This document shows positions 60,589 through 61,894 of a DNA stretch of 61,894 nt, one piece after another (positions within the stretch are counted from its first letter, which is position 1; each line of letters starts with the position of its first letter). Source of the DNA: Nostoc sp. DedSLP01 (lineage in GTDB: Bacteria > Cyanobacteriota > Cyanobacteriia > Cyanobacteriales > Nostocaceae); assembly GCA_034530875.2 (NCBI GenBank), contig JAVRCJ020000028.1:36836-98729 (forward strand), given 5' to 3'. The position numbers and the translations under genes are program-made. Under the pieces are notes generated by a model, which was given only the letters and a program-made list of their open reading frames with translations, searched no databases and was not told the DNA's origin.

Positions 60589-61894
60589 TATCCCTCTTCT
60601 GTCACTTTCCGGGTATTCTGAATAAAAGAATAAAAAAATAAAACCCTGAAAGGTAAGTGTGGCAATGGATGTAGAGTTACAAATTCTGAAACATTTAGCA
60701 AGAGATGCTCACCCGACAGTTGCCATCATAGATGAATATTGTGCAGAGTATAAAGGTCTGTTTAAAGAAGTAAGAAATTATGAATGCTTCAAATATTTAC
60801 ACATGGGGATAATATCAACTATAAAACGAAAATCGTTACCAGAGATAGCAAAGGTAGTGAGCATAAATTCAGCCCAGTCATTACATCATTTTCTAGCGAA
60901 TTCAGATTGGGCAGTAGATGAATTAAAACAACGAAGATTAAATAAACTCAAGCAAGCATTGAATGGGCAGGCGATTACAGTAGTAATAGATGAAACCGGA
61001 GACAGGAAAAAAGGTAAAAATACAGATTATGTGGCTAGACAATATTTAGGAAGCGTAGGAAAAGTAGATAATGGGATAGTTTCAGTTAACGCCTATGGAG
61101 TTTATGCTAATATAACTTTTCCATTAGTCTTCAAAGTATTTAAACCAAAAGGAACCCTCAAGGAGTCAGATAAGTATAAAACTCAAATAGAATTAGCATC
61201 AGAGATAATTACAGAATTAATGGAATCAGGCTTCAATATTAAATTAGTATTGGCTGATAGTTTGTATGGTGAAAGTAGCCAATTTCTGAGAAAAGTAGCT
61301 GAATATAACTTAGATTATGTGGTATCAATCAGAAGTAATCATGGAGTCTGGTTGCCAGCAGGGCAAAGCGTTAGAGCGAACAAGTGGTGTAAATTTAAAA
61401 GAACATTTAGCAATCAAACATCAGAGACTAGATATATCCGAGAAATAATTTATGGAAAAAAAAGAGCCATAACCTACTGGGAAATAACTACTGACCCAGA
61501 AACCATGCCAGAAAATTCTACCTCCTTTGTAATGACGAATCTTCAAGGCAATTTGAAGAAGACTTTAGGCGACCTCTATGGATTAAGAACCTGGGTTGAA
61601 TATGGATTTCGACAATGTAAACAGGAACTAGGCTGGACAGATTATCGTTTCACTAATTTCCAACATATTGAGAGATGGTGGGAGATTATTTTTAGTGCTT
61701 ATACGATGATTAGTTTACATTCTCCAGTCTTCTTAGGCTTCAATCAATCTCATCAACTTGAGACTGAAGCATAAGAAAATAATGATATTGATTTTTCTAA
61801 TCATCCGCAATGGAATCATGAATCTGGATGGAAAAATACTTTAAATAATCTGCGTCTTATTATCCAACCACTTTTACTATTTTGGTTAATTTAT
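60589..61894 (+). mobile_element. IS701-family insertion sequence (right end outside the window)
   Basis: Putative left end TATCCCTCTTCTGTCACTTT near 60589; DDE transposase follows. Confidence 0.8.
60659..61894 (+). pseudogene. IS701-family transposase with a premature TAA at 61772-61774
   Basis: VIDETGDRKKG..DYVARQYLG..GKVDNG, LADSLYG, RTWVEYGFRQCKQELGW; after the stop the frame continues ENNDIDFSNHPQW..GWKNTLNNLRLIIQP to the window edge. Confidence 0.8.

Overview
Chromosomal window from a heterocyst-forming cyanobacterium (Nostoc-like: abundant HIP1 GCGATCGC octamers, heptamer STRR repeats, hetF). From left to right: (1) an nSTAND-NTPase/WD40 gene running off the left edge, missing from the ORF track; (2) an atypical gas-vesicle region (tandem-domain ArsA/Get3 ATPase, gvpV, [AT-rich accessory insert], gvpG, gvpN-J-K-F, CDC48-like AAA+, gvpF/L/W-like, gvpA, gvpC-like); (3) directly downstream, a Ptx-type phototaxis chemosensory operon (PatA-like, CheY, CheW, 7-GAF cyanobacteriochrome MCP, CheA, double CheW, degenerate MCP, pseudo-CheA), interrupted by an inverted-repeat-flanked four-helix-bundle gene; (4) a housekeeping block (pyrE, tRNA-CAT, CNNM/CBS protein, queC, Gfo/Idh/MocA, DedA, chromosomal ParM/ParR pair, caspase-like fragment, PGM/PMM, rdgB, glnB, cyDiv-like, thiD); (5) a large secreted beta-helix/5x Ig-like/RTX protein, an S8 protease and a thioredoxin-like gene; (6) a minus-strand array of ~60-nt sRNA units, each with its own TCCGGA promoter (NsiR1-type), upstream of hetF; (7) an IS701 element with a nonsense codon. 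All family and gene assignments come from motif recognition and recalled literature; no searches were run. The least-explained signals are the Get3/CDC48/shared winged-helix additions to the gas-vesicle cluster, the repeat-flanked four-helix-bundle cassette, and the intact but catalytically degenerate MCP/CheA pair.
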